Source: an uncultured delta proteobacterium (lineage in GTDB: Bacteria > Desulfobacterota > WTBG01 > CAIYCZ01 > CAIRTM01). From it: a DNA stretch of 64,000 nt. The notes beneath the pieces were generated by a model. It ran no database searches and was not told the origin of the DNA. It saw nothing but the letters and a program-made list of their open reading frames with translations. Below are positions 50,589-61,297 of the stretch, in pieces; within the stretch, counting starts at the first letter, position 1, and each line of letters begins with the position of its first letter. The position numbers were made by a program, and so were the translations under genes. The stretch lies in contig CAWDSQ010000008.1 of the NCBI GenBank assembly GCA_963804955.1, forward strand, positions 32,001-96,000, given 5' to 3'.

Positions 50589-52661
50589 TCATGACTCCGA
50601 ACTCTTCCGCGGTAGCGTGAACCAGAAGCACGCCCCTTTGCCGAGCCCCGCCGACTCAACCCAAATCCTGCCGCCATGGACTTCAATTATACGCTTTGCC
50701 AGAGCAAGCCCCATGCCCGATCCCTCGGAATGAGCATCAAGTTTATCGAACAAGCCAAAGAGCCGATCCTTGTAACGCATGTCTATGCCCATCCCGTTAT
50801 CACGCACAAAAAACAAGATATCCCCGTTCTTTTTTTCTGTGCCGATTTCAATGAACGGCTCCTTCTGCGGACCCATGAATTTCACGGCATTGTCCACCAG
50901 ATTTTGAAACACTTTCACCAGACACGGGCGGTCGCCATAGAGCATACTGGGCTCCTGCCCCACCACAACCTGTACGCAACGCTCGGTTATCCGGCCTGCA
51001 ACCAAATCCAAGGCATCCTGGACAAGCTCCTGAAACGGTACTTCCACTGGTGGATTGACAACGCGCCCGATGCGCGACAAGTCAAGCAGTTCTTCAAGCA
51101 GGGCATTCATCCTGTCGGCTGCCGTATGGATAAAGCCCAGATCCTGCGCTACATGTTCCGTATCAGCCTTTGCCATATCCTGCTCCAGATACCCGAGAAA
51201 TGTTTTGATAGTCACCAGCGGGCTTTTCAGATCATGGGAAACCGTATAGTTGAAATGGACAAGCTCCTCGTTTTTTGCCTGCAGAGCCGCTTCTGCCTGC
51301 CTGCGCTCGGTTATGTCCAGCACCATGCCTGACGAGCGGACAATACTACCGGCGTCATTTTTAAAATGGTGGCATTTTTCGTAAACATAGCGTACCTCAC
51401 CGGTTTTTTTACGGACCACCCGGTGCATTATTTCATAGCCGTCCAAGCCTTTCTGCAGCGATTCCGAATACGCTTTGTCAACCGCTGCGCGATCCTCCGG
51501 GTGCACTGCATCAAGAAAAGCCTCAAAGGAGGCTTTAAATTCCTGTGCCTGCAGGCCAAAAATGCGATAGACCTCGTCCGACCAAATTAACCGTTTGGTT
51601 GAAATATCCAAATCCCAGCTTCCAAGATGAGCAATTTCCTGAGCTTTGCTCAACCGTGCAGTACCTTCACGCAACTCGAGCTCCATCTGTTTGCGCGCAG
51701 TAATATCATTGCCGATGGCTAAAAACCCGGTAAGTTTTCCTTCAGAGTCGAAGATCGCCCTGTTCGTCCAGCTTACCCATACCCGGGAGCCGTCTTTGCG
51801 CATGTTTTCATTTTCATTTTGTGCATACTTATCCGGGTTGCGGACAATATCATCAACCATGGCGCGCAAATCGCGGTTTGTGCTGTCGCGTTCGGGCACG
51901 ATGGTGCCAATCACGGATTTGCCCAGTATTTCCTCTTTTGAAAAGCCGAAAAATTTTTCCGCGAATTCATTAAAGAACGTTATTGAGCCCCCCTGTTCCC
52001 AGCGCAGAATAATACTGTTGGCGCATTCGACCAGTTCCCGGTAGTTCTTTTCGCTTTCCAGGAGCGCTTTTTTGTTTTTTTCACCCTCTTGCAGATTTAT
52101 AAAAAGCCTGCAGATGAGCATGGTGGCTACCGGAAACACGACCAGCACCGGGGGGCCGATGCGCCCCATCACATCAACTGATGATGCAGCCGGCAGCAGC
52201 ATCATCATGCCTACCATGACGGTATGTACCAGGAACCCGAAGCCCAGGAGTATAAAATTTGTCATCAGGGCCGGGTTGTGCAGCCGCAGATAATAAAACA
52301 CCACGCCCAGAGCAGCCGACTCGCCGATAACGCTGACGCCCATCAGGGCTCCGCCGCCGCCGAGCCACAGACGGTATGCCCCGCATATTCCCGCAGCGAT
52401 AGCGGCGATAACAGGCCCGCCGAACAGGCCTGCCACAGCAAGGATGATGGAGCGGCCATCGAAAATAATGCCGGGCGCAAAGTGCAGCGGCGTCATCATG
52501 CCGACAATTCCCACACTGCCGAAAATAAATCCTGACAGAACAGAGGCCATATGCGGGTAGCGATTCAGTCTGCGCATGGTTATATTGCTTGAAAGCAGCT
52601 GCTGCGCAAGGATCAAGGCCATAAGCAGCGCTATGTTTTGAATAAGATTAAGGAGTATCAT
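50589..52661 (-). CDS. 5TM (LytS/YhcK-type)-PAS-PAS histidine kinase
   Basis: PGIIFDGRSI.L...GLFGG, R...GGGG; VSHDLKSPL. Confidence 0.9.
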   Translation of the reverse strand: MILLNLIQNIALLMALILAQQLLSSNITMRRLNRYPHMASVLSGFIFGSVGIVGMMTPLHFAPGIIFDGRSIILAVAGLFGGPVIAAIAAGICGAYRLWLGGGGALMGVSVIGESAALGVVFYYLRLHNPALMTNFILLGFGFLVHTVMVGMMMLLPAASSVDVMGRIGPPVLVVFPVATMLICRLFINLQEGEKNKKALLESEKNYRELVECANSIILRWEQGGSITFFNEFAEKFFGFSKEEILGKSVIGTIVPERDSTNRDLRAMVDDIVRNPDKYAQNENENMRKDGSRVWVSWTNRAIFDSEGKLTGFLAIGNDITARKQMELELREGTARLSKAQEIAHLGSWDLDISTKRLIWSDEVYRIFGLQAQEFKASFEAFLDAVHPEDRAAVDKAYSESLQKGLDGYEIMHRVVRKKTGEVRYVYEKCHHFKNDAGSIVRSSGMVLDITERRQAEAALQAKNEELVHFNYTVSHDLKSPLVTIKTFLGYLEQDMAKADTEHVAQDLGFIHTAADRMNALLEELLDLSRIGRVVNPPVEVPFQELVQDALDLVAGRITERCVQVVVGQEPSMLYGDRPCLVKVFQNLVDNAVKFMGPQKEPFIEIGTEKKNGDILFFVRDNGMGIDMRYKDRLFGLFDKLDAHSEGSGMGLALAKRIIEVHGGRIWVESAGLGKGACFWFTLPRKSSES

Positions 52662-52805
52662 GGCTTTAAAACCTTAAAAAATTGTTCAAGGTTCAAAAGT
52701 TCAAAGTTCAAGGTTTTGTTTTTATTTTTTCAACATTGAACTTTGAACCTTCCAACTTTGAACATCTTTTCTATTTTCAGTATTGAACATTGAACCTTGA
52801 ACCTT

Positions 52806-54791
52806 CTAACCTTGAACCAGTTTGCCCGGCAAACTGAACCAAAAACAAGCCCCTTTGCCGAGGCCCTCCGACTCAACCCAAATCCTGCCGCCGTGCAGTT
52901 CAACAATACGCTTCACCAGCGCAAGACCCATGCCCGAACCTTCGATCTCAGGGTGAAGTTTTTCAAACAGTTCAAACAGCTTGTGCGTATGCTGTGGGTC
53001 GATGCCAATGCCGTTATCGCGCACAAAGCATGCAATCTCGCCATTCCTTATTTCAGCACCTATTTCAATAAGCGGCTCGGTTTGCTCTCCCATGAACTTA
53101 GCGGCATTATCAATAAGATTCTGAAAAACCTCCGCCAGCCGCACCCGGTCGCCATAGAGCAGCACCGCCTCTTGTGTTACCTGTACCCGCACTCCCCGCT
53201 GATCAATGCGTCCAGCCACCAGGGCCAGCGCCTCCCGCACGATTTCCTGCAGCGGCGTTTCAACCGATGGGTTCATTACGCGTCCGAGGCGCGACAAATG
53301 CAGCAGCTCATCCAGCAGCTGACCCATTTTCGCCGTGGCAGTATGTATATACTGCAGGTCCCGGGCTATGTTCTCAGTGTCGCCGCGCGACAGGTCATCG
53401 GCAAGGTGGCCCATAAAAGTCCTGATTGTCACCAGCGGGCTTCTCAAATCATGCGAAACAGTGTAGGTAAAGCGTTCCAGCTCGGCGTTTTTTTCCTGCA
53501 AGGCCTGTTCCGCGAGTTTTCGCTCGGTGATATCCAGCAAAAGGGCTGCGGAGTTTAAGAGCTTGCCGTTTTCGCCGTAGTTAAAAATGCTGCAGTCATG
53601 AATATGGCGTATTTCTCCGCCCGGGCGTATGATCCGGTACTCAAGCTCGACCAGGGATCGCTCGTCGTTGAAGCCGTTCCAGGCCTTGACAAGGGCCGGA
53701 TAATCCTCCGGGTGCACGCAACGGGTAAATTCGGAAAAAAGCATGGGACTGCCGACCGGCAGGCCAAGAATGCGGTAGATTTCATCGGACCACCGGTAGT
53801 GTCCTGTTTCGGGATTATAAGTCCAGGTGCCCAAATGGGCTATCTGCCGGGCTTCGGCCAGAAGGCTTTCGGTTTCAAGCAGGGCCGCTTCCACCCTTTT
53901 GCGCTCGGCAAGCTCCAGCTTCAAAGCCTCCTCTGCACGCTTGCGCTGGGTGATGTCGACCACAGCGCCGATGAGCCCGGCCGTGCGGCCGCCCGGGCCG
54001 GGAAATGCAGCCTTATGGAAAACCACATCGTGAACCGCACCCCGGACGTCCCTGACCTGCGACTCATAAACCTGAAGTCCGGAATGCTGCAGCAGTTCAA
54101 GATCCTTTGCGTGATAGACCCGGGCCAGCTCATCATCTGCGATATCGAACACGCTTTTGCCGATAAGGTCCTGACGGGCGCACCCATAGAATTCTTCAAA
54201 GGCCCTGTTGCATCCCAGGTAGCGCGCGTCAAGGTCCTTGTAGAACACCGGCAGCGGAATGGCATTGAGCAGCGCTTCTATGAAAATACTGCTCTGCCGA
54301 AGCCCATCCTCAGCCTTTTTGCGATCGTAGATTTCCTTCAGCAGCAGCTCATTTGCAAGCCGCAAATCGGCTGCCTGATGTTTGAACCTGTTGCGCAGCC
54401 GGCGCAGCTCCAGATGGGTGTGAACGCGGGCAAGCAATTCCTCTGGCTCAAACGGTTTGACAATATAATCGACAGCTCCCAGCTTAAAACCATCGATTCT
54501 CTTTCCTGTTTCCGTGAAACCGCTGAGGAAAATGACCGCAATGTCCCGGCATTCGGGCCGCGCCTGGAGTTGTCTCAAGACCGAAAACCCGTCCATATCC
54601 GGCAAGTTTATATCAAGCAGAATCAATTCCGGCGACAGGGTTTCTACTGCACCAAGAGCCTGCTTGCCGCTGTCGGCGCAGTGCACATGATAGCCCTGCT
54701 GAGACAGTATATGCTCCAGCATAGCCAGTGACGATTCATCATCGTCGACAACAAGAATAGCGCCGGTATCGTTTGTCGTCTTTTTTTCCAT
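52806..54791 (-). CDS. REC-PAS-PAS histidine kinase
   Basis: Receiver, two PAS/PAC domains, FTYTVSHDLRSPL. Confidence 0.9.
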   Translation of the reverse strand: MEKKTTNDTGAILVVDDDESSLAMLEHILSQQGYHVHCADSGKQALGAVETLSPELILLDINLPDMDGFSVLRQLQARPECRDIAVIFLSGFTETGKRIDGFKLGAVDYIVKPFEPEELLARVHTHLELRRLRNRFKHQAADLRLANELLLKEIYDRKKAEDGLRQSSIFIEALLNAIPLPVFYKDLDARYLGCNRAFEEFYGCARQDLIGKSVFDIADDELARVYHAKDLELLQHSGLQVYESQVRDVRGAVHDVVFHKAAFPGPGGRTAGLIGAVVDITQRKRAEEALKLELAERKRVEAALLETESLLAEARQIAHLGTWTYNPETGHYRWSDEIYRILGLPVGSPMLFSEFTRCVHPEDYPALVKAWNGFNDERSLVELEYRIIRPGGEIRHIHDCSIFNYGENGKLLNSAALLLDITERKLAEQALQEKNAELERFTYTVSHDLRSPLVTIRTFMGHLADDLSRGDTENIARDLQYIHTATAKMGQLLDELLHLSRLGRVMNPSVETPLQEIVREALALVAGRIDQRGVRVQVTQEAVLLYGDRVRLAEVFQNLIDNAAKFMGEQTEPLIEIGAEIRNGEIACFVRDNGIGIDPQHTHKLFELFEKLHPEIEGSGMGLALVKRIVELHGGRIWVESEGLGKGACFWFSLPGKLVQG

Positions 54792-54961
54792 TTAGCACCT
54801 GCATTCGATACGCTGTGGCGAAACGGATTCAAAATTCCGGATTCAAAACAAAAAAATTCAAAATGAAAAACATAGATTTATAATGTGAAAATAGTTTCTT
54901 CTTTGTGAATTTTGATTCATGCATCTTCTTTCCACTCCCAATTCCATACCCTCGGCCGCAT

Positions 54962-55837
54962 CTACGATCTTTCGGGCGGGACAACCCCGTCCCTACGATC
55001 CGAACTGACTATATTTTTTAACGGCAAAGAAAAAAAGAATGTTGTGCCTTTTCCCTCCGCGGTTTGTACCCATATGTCGCCGCCGTGGGCCACCACGATT
55101 TTTTTTGAAATGGCCAGGCCAAGGCCGGTGCTGGACTCGCCGGCCGTGCTTTGCACGCTGGTTCTGCCAAAGGGCTTAAAAAGCTGGTCGACTTCCTTTT
55201 GGGGTATGCCCTGGCCCTGGTCGCTGACTGACACAACTACACGGGCGCCCTCGCTGGCCACCGCGATATCGACTGCGGTTCCGGATGCGGAAAATTTAAT
55301 AGCGTTTGAAATCAGATTATCCAGCACCTGATCGATTTTCTGCCCGTCAAAGAAAGCCGGTATGCCGGTATGCTCATTCGTAATATGCAGTGCAATCTGT
55401 TTTTTCTGCGCCAGAAAACTGTTAAAGCGCACCGCCTGCTGAACATGCTCCATGAGATTGCCCGGCTGCACAAGCAACTCAAATTTCCCCGATTCAATTT
55501 TTGCAATATCAAGAAAGCTGTTCACAACTTCGAGGGCTGAACGGCCTGTTTTTTCAATGATCGACAAAAATTTCGTTTGGTCTTCATCAAGCAGGGGGCT
55601 GATTTCTTCCGCTAAAATTTCACTATAGTTTATGATAAGAGCAAGGGGCTTGCGGATATCATGGGCCGCCATACCGACAAAGCGGTTTTTTTCTTCATTG
55701 AGCTGCGCCAGCTCGACATTTTTTTTTGCAAGCTCGCGATGCATATCGGCAAGCTCATTGTTCAGTCGCGAAAGCTCCTCGTACAGGTCAACCCCTGTGC
55801 GGCTGTTTTTCGTATCGATAGTTGGTGTGTCTTCCAT
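54962..55837 (-). CDS. Cytoplasmic histidine kinase with no sensor domain
   Basis: Coiled coil, then AAHDIRKPL, NLISNAIKFS, STGLGL. Confidence 0.88.
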   Translation of the reverse strand: MEDTPTIDTKNSRTGVDLYEELSRLNNELADMHRELAKKNVELAQLNEEKNRFVGMAAHDIRKPLALIINYSEILAEEISPLLDEDQTKFLSIIEKTGRSALEVVNSFLDIAKIESGKFELLVQPGNLMEHVQQAVRFNSFLAQKKQIALHITNEHTGIPAFFDGQKIDQVLDNLISNAIKFSASGTAVDIAVASEGARVVVSVSDQGQGIPQKEVDQLFKPFGRTSVQSTAGESSTGLGLAISKKIVVAHGGDIWVQTAEGKGTTFFFSLPLKNIVSSDRRDGVVPPERS

Positions 55838-55975
55838 AAGGGCCTTAAAAAAGTTCAGGGTTCAAGGTTCAAGGTTTAAGGTTTAAGGTTGTAGGGGCGA
55901 ATGGCATTCGCCCTCTAGTTCGGAGTTGAGAGTTCGGAGTTCGGAGTATAAAAACACCGAACTTCTCTTTCCGTC

Positions 55976-56056
55976 TTCCCTCCCCTTGTGGGAGGACCGA
56001 GGGAGGGGGCCAATAAATGATTTCTGATAGTATCCATAACCCCGTCAATATTTAAA
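55976..56056 (-). pseudogene. 3' remnant of a DUF559 gene with its terminal arm
   Basis: NIDGVMDTIRNHLLAPSL versus NIDGVVEAIRNRLLAPSL in 34269-34670. Confidence 0.7.
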
Positions 56057-56110
56057 ACCCAGGGCAGACACGCAGGTCTGCCCTTGCGATTTCGAATCAT
56101 GAATCATGAA

Positions 56111-57163
56111 TTAAATGCCTGCTATGCGCAACGCCTCCCGGGCCGAACCTGCATAAAAGTCAGCGCCGACAAGCTTTGCCAGGCCGGCGTCACGGTTGAA
56201 GCCGAAACCGCCGACAATGATTTTTGTCGGCCGGGTATCCGAGGCCCGCACCTTTTCGATAATTTTTTCTACCTTATTGACGCTTGAGGCCATTGCCGCG
56301 GATATGCCCAGAATATCGGCTTTCTTTTCAAGCAGCGTGTCGACGATGTTATAGGCGGGCATATTGGCGCCCAGATAGCACACATTCCAGCCTTCCATTT
56401 CAAATAAATCAGCCACCATTCGCATGCCGATTTCATGCAGCTCGCCGCTGACGCATATGCCGACCATGGCGCCGCCCTTTTTTTCTGCATTGCAGATATG
56501 CGGGTAGTACAGCTGCGACATGATGAGCTGCGTAACGGCGCTGCAAAAATGCTCCTGCGCAACCGTGATTTTATTTGTCTGCCAGAGGCGGCCTATTTCA
56601 TACTGCACGGGCTGCAGGACATTGATATAGATATCCTGTATGGGCATGCCTGCTTGAAAGCTGTCCATCACCAGCCGGGTCGCGGCGGCGCGATCACCCA
56701 GCAGCACGGCATCGAGATACCGCTGTGCAAGCTCTCCCTGCGGCGACTGCGGGTCGATAAATGAGCAGGGTGCTTCCAGCGGGCCGCTTATTTCAGACCT
56801 GCCCGCCTGCATATAGCTGGAAATTATCTCGTGGGTTTCCGGGGGAAGCGCCGCCAGCAGCCCCGCCCTGACAAGCTCGACATTTTTTTCAAGCACGTCA
56901 AGCGCAATGCCATTGCTGCTGAACATTGATTTTGTCCAGTCGATATATTCGGTAAACAGGCCCGGGTTTTTTTCCGCAATCGCATTGGCAAGATAGGAAA
57001 GCTCATAATGGGTGTATTCCAGCAGCTTTTCCGGCTCTACGCCGAACCGGTCAAACATCCCCTGCAGTGCGCCGTATCTGCTCCGGGCGATTTCCCGGGA
57101 AAGGGCGTCCTGCGAGGCAAGTATCAGGGAGCTGACTTTCTGCTCGTCAATGTGTGCGGCCAT
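56111..57163 (-). CDS. Cobalamin-binding sensor protein (helical N-domain plus CarH-type B12 module)
   Basis: W-x9-EH (WQTNKITVAQEH), ELHEIG, YLGANMP, IVGG. Confidence 0.85.
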   Translation of the reverse strand: MAAHIDEQKVSSLILASQDALSREIARSRYGALQGMFDRFGVEPEKLLEYTHYELSYLANAIAEKNPGLFTEYIDWTKSMFSSNGIALDVLEKNVELVRAGLLAALPPETHEIISSYMQAGRSEISGPLEAPCSFIDPQSPQGELAQRYLDAVLLGDRAAATRLVMDSFQAGMPIQDIYINVLQPVQYEIGRLWQTNKITVAQEHFCSAVTQLIMSQLYYPHICNAEKKGGAMVGICVSGELHEIGMRMVADLFEMEGWNVCYLGANMPAYNIVDTLLEKKADILGISAAMASSVNKVEKIIEKVRASDTRPTKIIVGGFGFNRDAGLAKLVGADFYAGSAREALRIAGI

Positions 57164-57554
57164 GAAACCTCCGTGTCATTAAAAGGTTGATTCAAAATTC
57201 CGGATTCAAGATTCAAGATAAAAGTCAAGATTCAAAATGTTGAACATGTTTGCCATCCCCAGTGTTGAGGGTTCGACCCTTCTTGATCTTCATCTTGAAT
57301 CTTGAATCAGCAATCTTGAATTAGATTTTTTAGGATTTAAATCCCCCTCCCTTTCATTCCTCCCACCAGGGGAGGGTAAAATTAACTTTGCTGCACCTCG
57401 GGCCGGCGGTAGAGATCCTGCCCGTAATTAAAATTAAGAATCGTTTTCAACTCGGGATTTGAATCATCAATAACCTTGAACACAGTTTCCAGGGAACGTT
57501 ACATTTTGAATCTTCACTCCGAAAGTCTTGAATCTCTCACTCCGAACTCTGAAC

Positions 57555-60203
57555 TCATGCAATCTCCTGCCCCAGGCAGCTGGAGAACCAAACGCACGCT
57601 CCCTTGCCCAACCCTTCAGACTCAATCCATATCCTGCCGCCATGAACCTCCACGATTCGTTTCGCCAGCGCGAGGCCCATGCCCGTACCCTCCATCTCCG
57701 GATCAAACTTCTCAAAAAGGTCGAACACTTTGTCTATATGCCGCGGGTCTATGCCCACGCCGTTATCGAGCACGAACAAAAGATTCTCGCCATTTTTTGT
57801 TTTCAGGCCGATTTCAATCTTCGGCTCCTTTTGATCGCCCATGAATTTGACGGCATTGTCTATAAGGTTCTGAAACAACTCGACCAGCCGCACGCGGTCG
57901 CCGCGCAGCAGCAGGGGTTGCTGCGTGATTTCAACCCGAACGCCCCGCCGGGCAATCTGGCCTGCCACAATGGTCAGCGCCTCGTTCACGATATCCTGCA
58001 GCGGCGCTTCAACCTCCGGGTTCAAGACGCGACCGATGCGCGTCAGCTCCAGCAGTTCATCCAGCAGCCTGCCCATCTTGTCGGCAGCTCCGCGGATATA
58101 GGTAAAATCTTTTTCTATGCGCCCGGCATCCTGCTTCTGCAAGTCTTTCTCCAGGTACCCAAGAAAGGTTTTCACCGTCACGAGCGGGCTTTTTAAATCG
58201 TGAGACATGGTGTAGGTAAAGCGCGTCAGCTCGGCATTTGTTTCCAGCAATTGCTTTTTCATAGCGCTCGCGGCTCGAGGCGTGCGATTAAGTATTGGCG
58301 CCACATGATCGGCTATGCTTTGCAGCTTCTGCATATCGGCCCCGGTGTAATCGGTTGTTTTATTGGCCACCTGGAAAAGGCCGATAACCTCACCCCCCAG
58401 CATAATGGGCAGTGATATATGCCGTTCGAGAACGACATGCCCCTCGGGGGTTTTTGAGGAGCGCTCATTGGTGTAATTTGCTTTTTTTTCACGTATGGCC
58501 CGGGGCCAGCTGCTGCGCCCCAGGTCTCACGGGGAAATCGTATGGTTTTATCGGGCATCTGGCATCGGTCCCAGATCTGACGGGTCATGGTTGGCACAAC
58601 CAGCGAGCCATCAGTATCGAGATAGCCGAAAACGCCAAACTGGCTTTGCATGACCTCAAGAATAACCAGCAGTACTTCATTATACATTTCCTCATCTGAG
58701 GCGGTAATAAAGATAGTCGCAATTTTGGCCTGCAGGGCCAGCGTCCGCTCTGCCTGCTTGCGTTCGGTGATGTCGCGGATATTGCACTGGATCACTTTCT
58801 TGCCGTTCACGAGATAAACATTGCTGACGAATTCGACTTCAATACGCTGCCCGGCGGCGGTTTCCAGAGGCAAATTCTCATAGCGGATGTATTCATTGTC
58901 CTGCAATTCCGTAAAGTTTTCTTTGCTGGTGATGATATCCCTGAAAAAGCCCAGCTCCCAGATTTCCTTTTCGAGAAAAGCCTCGTGTGCAAAACCCAGC
59001 AACTCGATCAGAAAAGGGTTCACATCCACGACCATTCCGGTCTTGGCATCAAGTATCAAAATACCGTCTTTGGCAGTCTCGAAAAGCCTGCGATACCGTA
59101 TCTCCGAAGCGCGCAGCGCCTCTGCAGCCTGCAATTGTTCCCGGTAGAACAGCATCCGCTGCTGCCGCCACAGGCCGAACAACATCGCTGCCAGGCCGCA
59201 GAATATGCTTATAACCACAATAATCGTGGTCCAGAACCGCGCCTGCAGCGGCGCAAATATTTCAGTAGTGTCCATGCGCGCCACCAGAAACCACGGCGAA
59301 TCAGGCACCCGGCGCAGGGCGGCAATGACAGGTTGTGTACGGTAATCTCTACCTTCAAAAATCCCTTCCCTGCCCAGTGCCGCCCTCGCGGCAGGCAATA
59401 GAAGATTGGTCAGGGGAAAGCGCAGGTTAAGGGCGGTATTTTTTTGAAACTTCAGTTCATTCAAAAAAAGCACACTGGCGCCGTCGCGGCGCACGAGAAG
59501 CGTTTCGGCCGTACTGCTTGACGTGGGCCAGCGTTTGAGAATCGGGTAGAGGTACTATCCGGATTAATGCGAAGGACTATTATGCCCAAGGGCCGGCGGC
59601 CGGTCTGGGTATCGTAGAAGGGTACCACAGGGCTATATGCGGGGTATCTCTGTATTGCGGTGGAGATCCTGAAAACGATCTGTTTCGAGCTAGCGCTTCT
59701 GGATAAGCTGCGAAGAGTAGCGGATACTGGCGGCTGCATGTCATCCGGTGTCAGGCGGCGAACTCCCTGTGCATCAAAGAGGCTGATCCGGTTATAGCTG
59801 AAATTCTCCTTCACCCGGCCTAACCAGGAGCTGTTTTTGTGCATCGGTATCCTGCGGATTATTCAAATAGCGCTGCACCAGAGCTGAAAAAACGGTGTTT
59901 TTGAAGAATAGTTTGAGCCGTCACCCAGCCGTTCCTTCCTCCACTGCACCAGCTCGTCCACCTTCAAATCGGCTATGGCTGAGAGCTGATACTCCACTTG
60001 CATGCGGAAATGCCGTGAATACGTGCGATAGGAAGTATAGCCGATAGCGATTATGCCCGCGGCAAAGATAAGGAAAATGATGACGAGCGCATACGGGAAA
60101 TGGCTGCCGTGTTTAGTGCGGGTTGCATGCTTGCCTTCCCCTGAAGGGGTTATTGATTGGGAGTTGGGATTGGGAGTTCAGAGTTCGAATAGGGTAAAAA
60201 CAT
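57555..60203 (-). CDS. Membrane sensor kinase (periplasmic domain-PAS-GAF-HK), multiply frameshifted; start approximate
   Basis: TM plus LSAIADLKVDELVQWRKERL near 59950; PAS and GAF in 58313-59494; MSHDLKSPL kinase core in 57555-58403. Confidence 0.75.
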
Positions 60204-60223
60204 TTCCGTTAAATTAGTGATTT

Positions 60224-60940
60224 TTATCTGAATCCGAAATGTTGAATCTTCTTTCTTAAACATTTCCGGATAGAGTTTCCGCGCGCATTCGGGGCAGATG
60301 CCGTGCCTGAATTCAGCCTCGAGTGCTCGACTATGTATTTCTCGATTCTGTTCCAGTAGCCGTCATCATCCCTGATTTTTTTGCAGTTGCTGCAAATAGG
60401 GATCATGCCCTTCAGTGTCCGTATGTTTTCCAGTGCCCCTTGCAATTCCAGAATCAGATTTTCCCTGTCCTGCTCGGCTTGTTTGCGCTCAGTAATTTCA
60501 TGCTGGAGTTGTTGATTGGCAAGCCGTAAATCAGCAGCCTGCTGTTCAAAACTATCACGCAGCCGGCTGAGCGACAGGTGTGTCTGCACCCGTGCCAGCA
60601 ATTCTTCACGCTGAAACGGTTTGGTGATAAAGTCAACGGCGCCAAGCTTCAAGCCCTTGACCCGCTGCGCCATTTCCGTAAGCCCACTGAGGAAAATAAC
60701 GGGGATGTCCCGGGTTGCCTGCTCCGCTTTGAGCCGCTGCAAAACCTCAAACCCATCCATATCCGGCATGCAGATGTCCAGCAGTATCAATTCCGGGGAG
60801 AGGCAGCTGCACAGACCAGCGCCAGTTGCCCCGTTGTCTACGGGGCGCACCTGATAGCCTTCGCTCAACAGGATATGCGTCAACAGATCCAGTGACTCCC
60901 TTGTGTCGTCAACAACCAGAATGCTGCCTTTGCCGATCAT
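60224..60940 (-). CDS. Response regulator with C-terminal PICxxC domain (3' frameshift likely)
   Basis: Receiver; IPICSNCKKIRDDDGYW; HGICPEC lies in a shifted frame. Confidence 0.82.
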   Translation of the reverse strand: MIGKGSILVVDDTRESLDLLTHILLSEGYQVRPVDNGATGAGLCSCLSPELILLDICMPDMDGFEVLQRLKAEQATRDIPVIFLSGLTEMAQRVKGLKLGAVDFITKPFQREELLARVQTHLSLSRLRDSFEQQAADLRLANQQLQHEITERKQAEQDRENLILELQGALENIRTLKGMIPICSNCKKIRDDDGYWNRIEKYIVEHSRLNSGTASAPNARGNSIRKCLRKKIQHFGFR

Positions 60941-61149
60941 ATCGTTTTCCTCCGGAAACTCATTAGCATGCAGGATTCCTGCAATTGACAAGAAGACGAG
61001 GGCTGACTTTTTAATCTGTCTCATACACCAGCCCATGCTATCTATATAGATTATATTGAAAACCAAACTTTTAATAAGGCATATACTTTTATTTTTTCAT
61101 ATTTTTAATGGAGCCATACAGAATGAACAACATTCTCTTGATTTAACAT

Positions 61150-61297
61150 TACAAAAATCAGGCCACATGAACCATGTTTGGCATAAGTATAAATACATAT
61201 TTTATTTAGTAAAAAAATAAATAAAATAAAAAAATGTTTCAATTTTTTTTAAACGTAATACTGTATGGCACAAACCGTGTCGGCACAAACTGTGTCA
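61150..61297 (-). promoter_or_regulatory. Sigma-54-type promoter with tandem enhancer at the head of the kinase cluster
   Basis: Minus-strand TGGCCTGATTTTTGTA (61150-61165); AT-rich spacer; TGGCACA-aac-CGTGTCG and CGGCACA-aac-TGTGTCA at 61266-61297. Confidence 0.6.

Noticed and set aside
13206..54731. Long plus-strand ORFs (13206-14330, 14606-15634, 26666-27727, 49186-50205, 53598-54731)
   Set aside because: Antisense shadows of well-supported minus-strand genes; no recognisable motifs.
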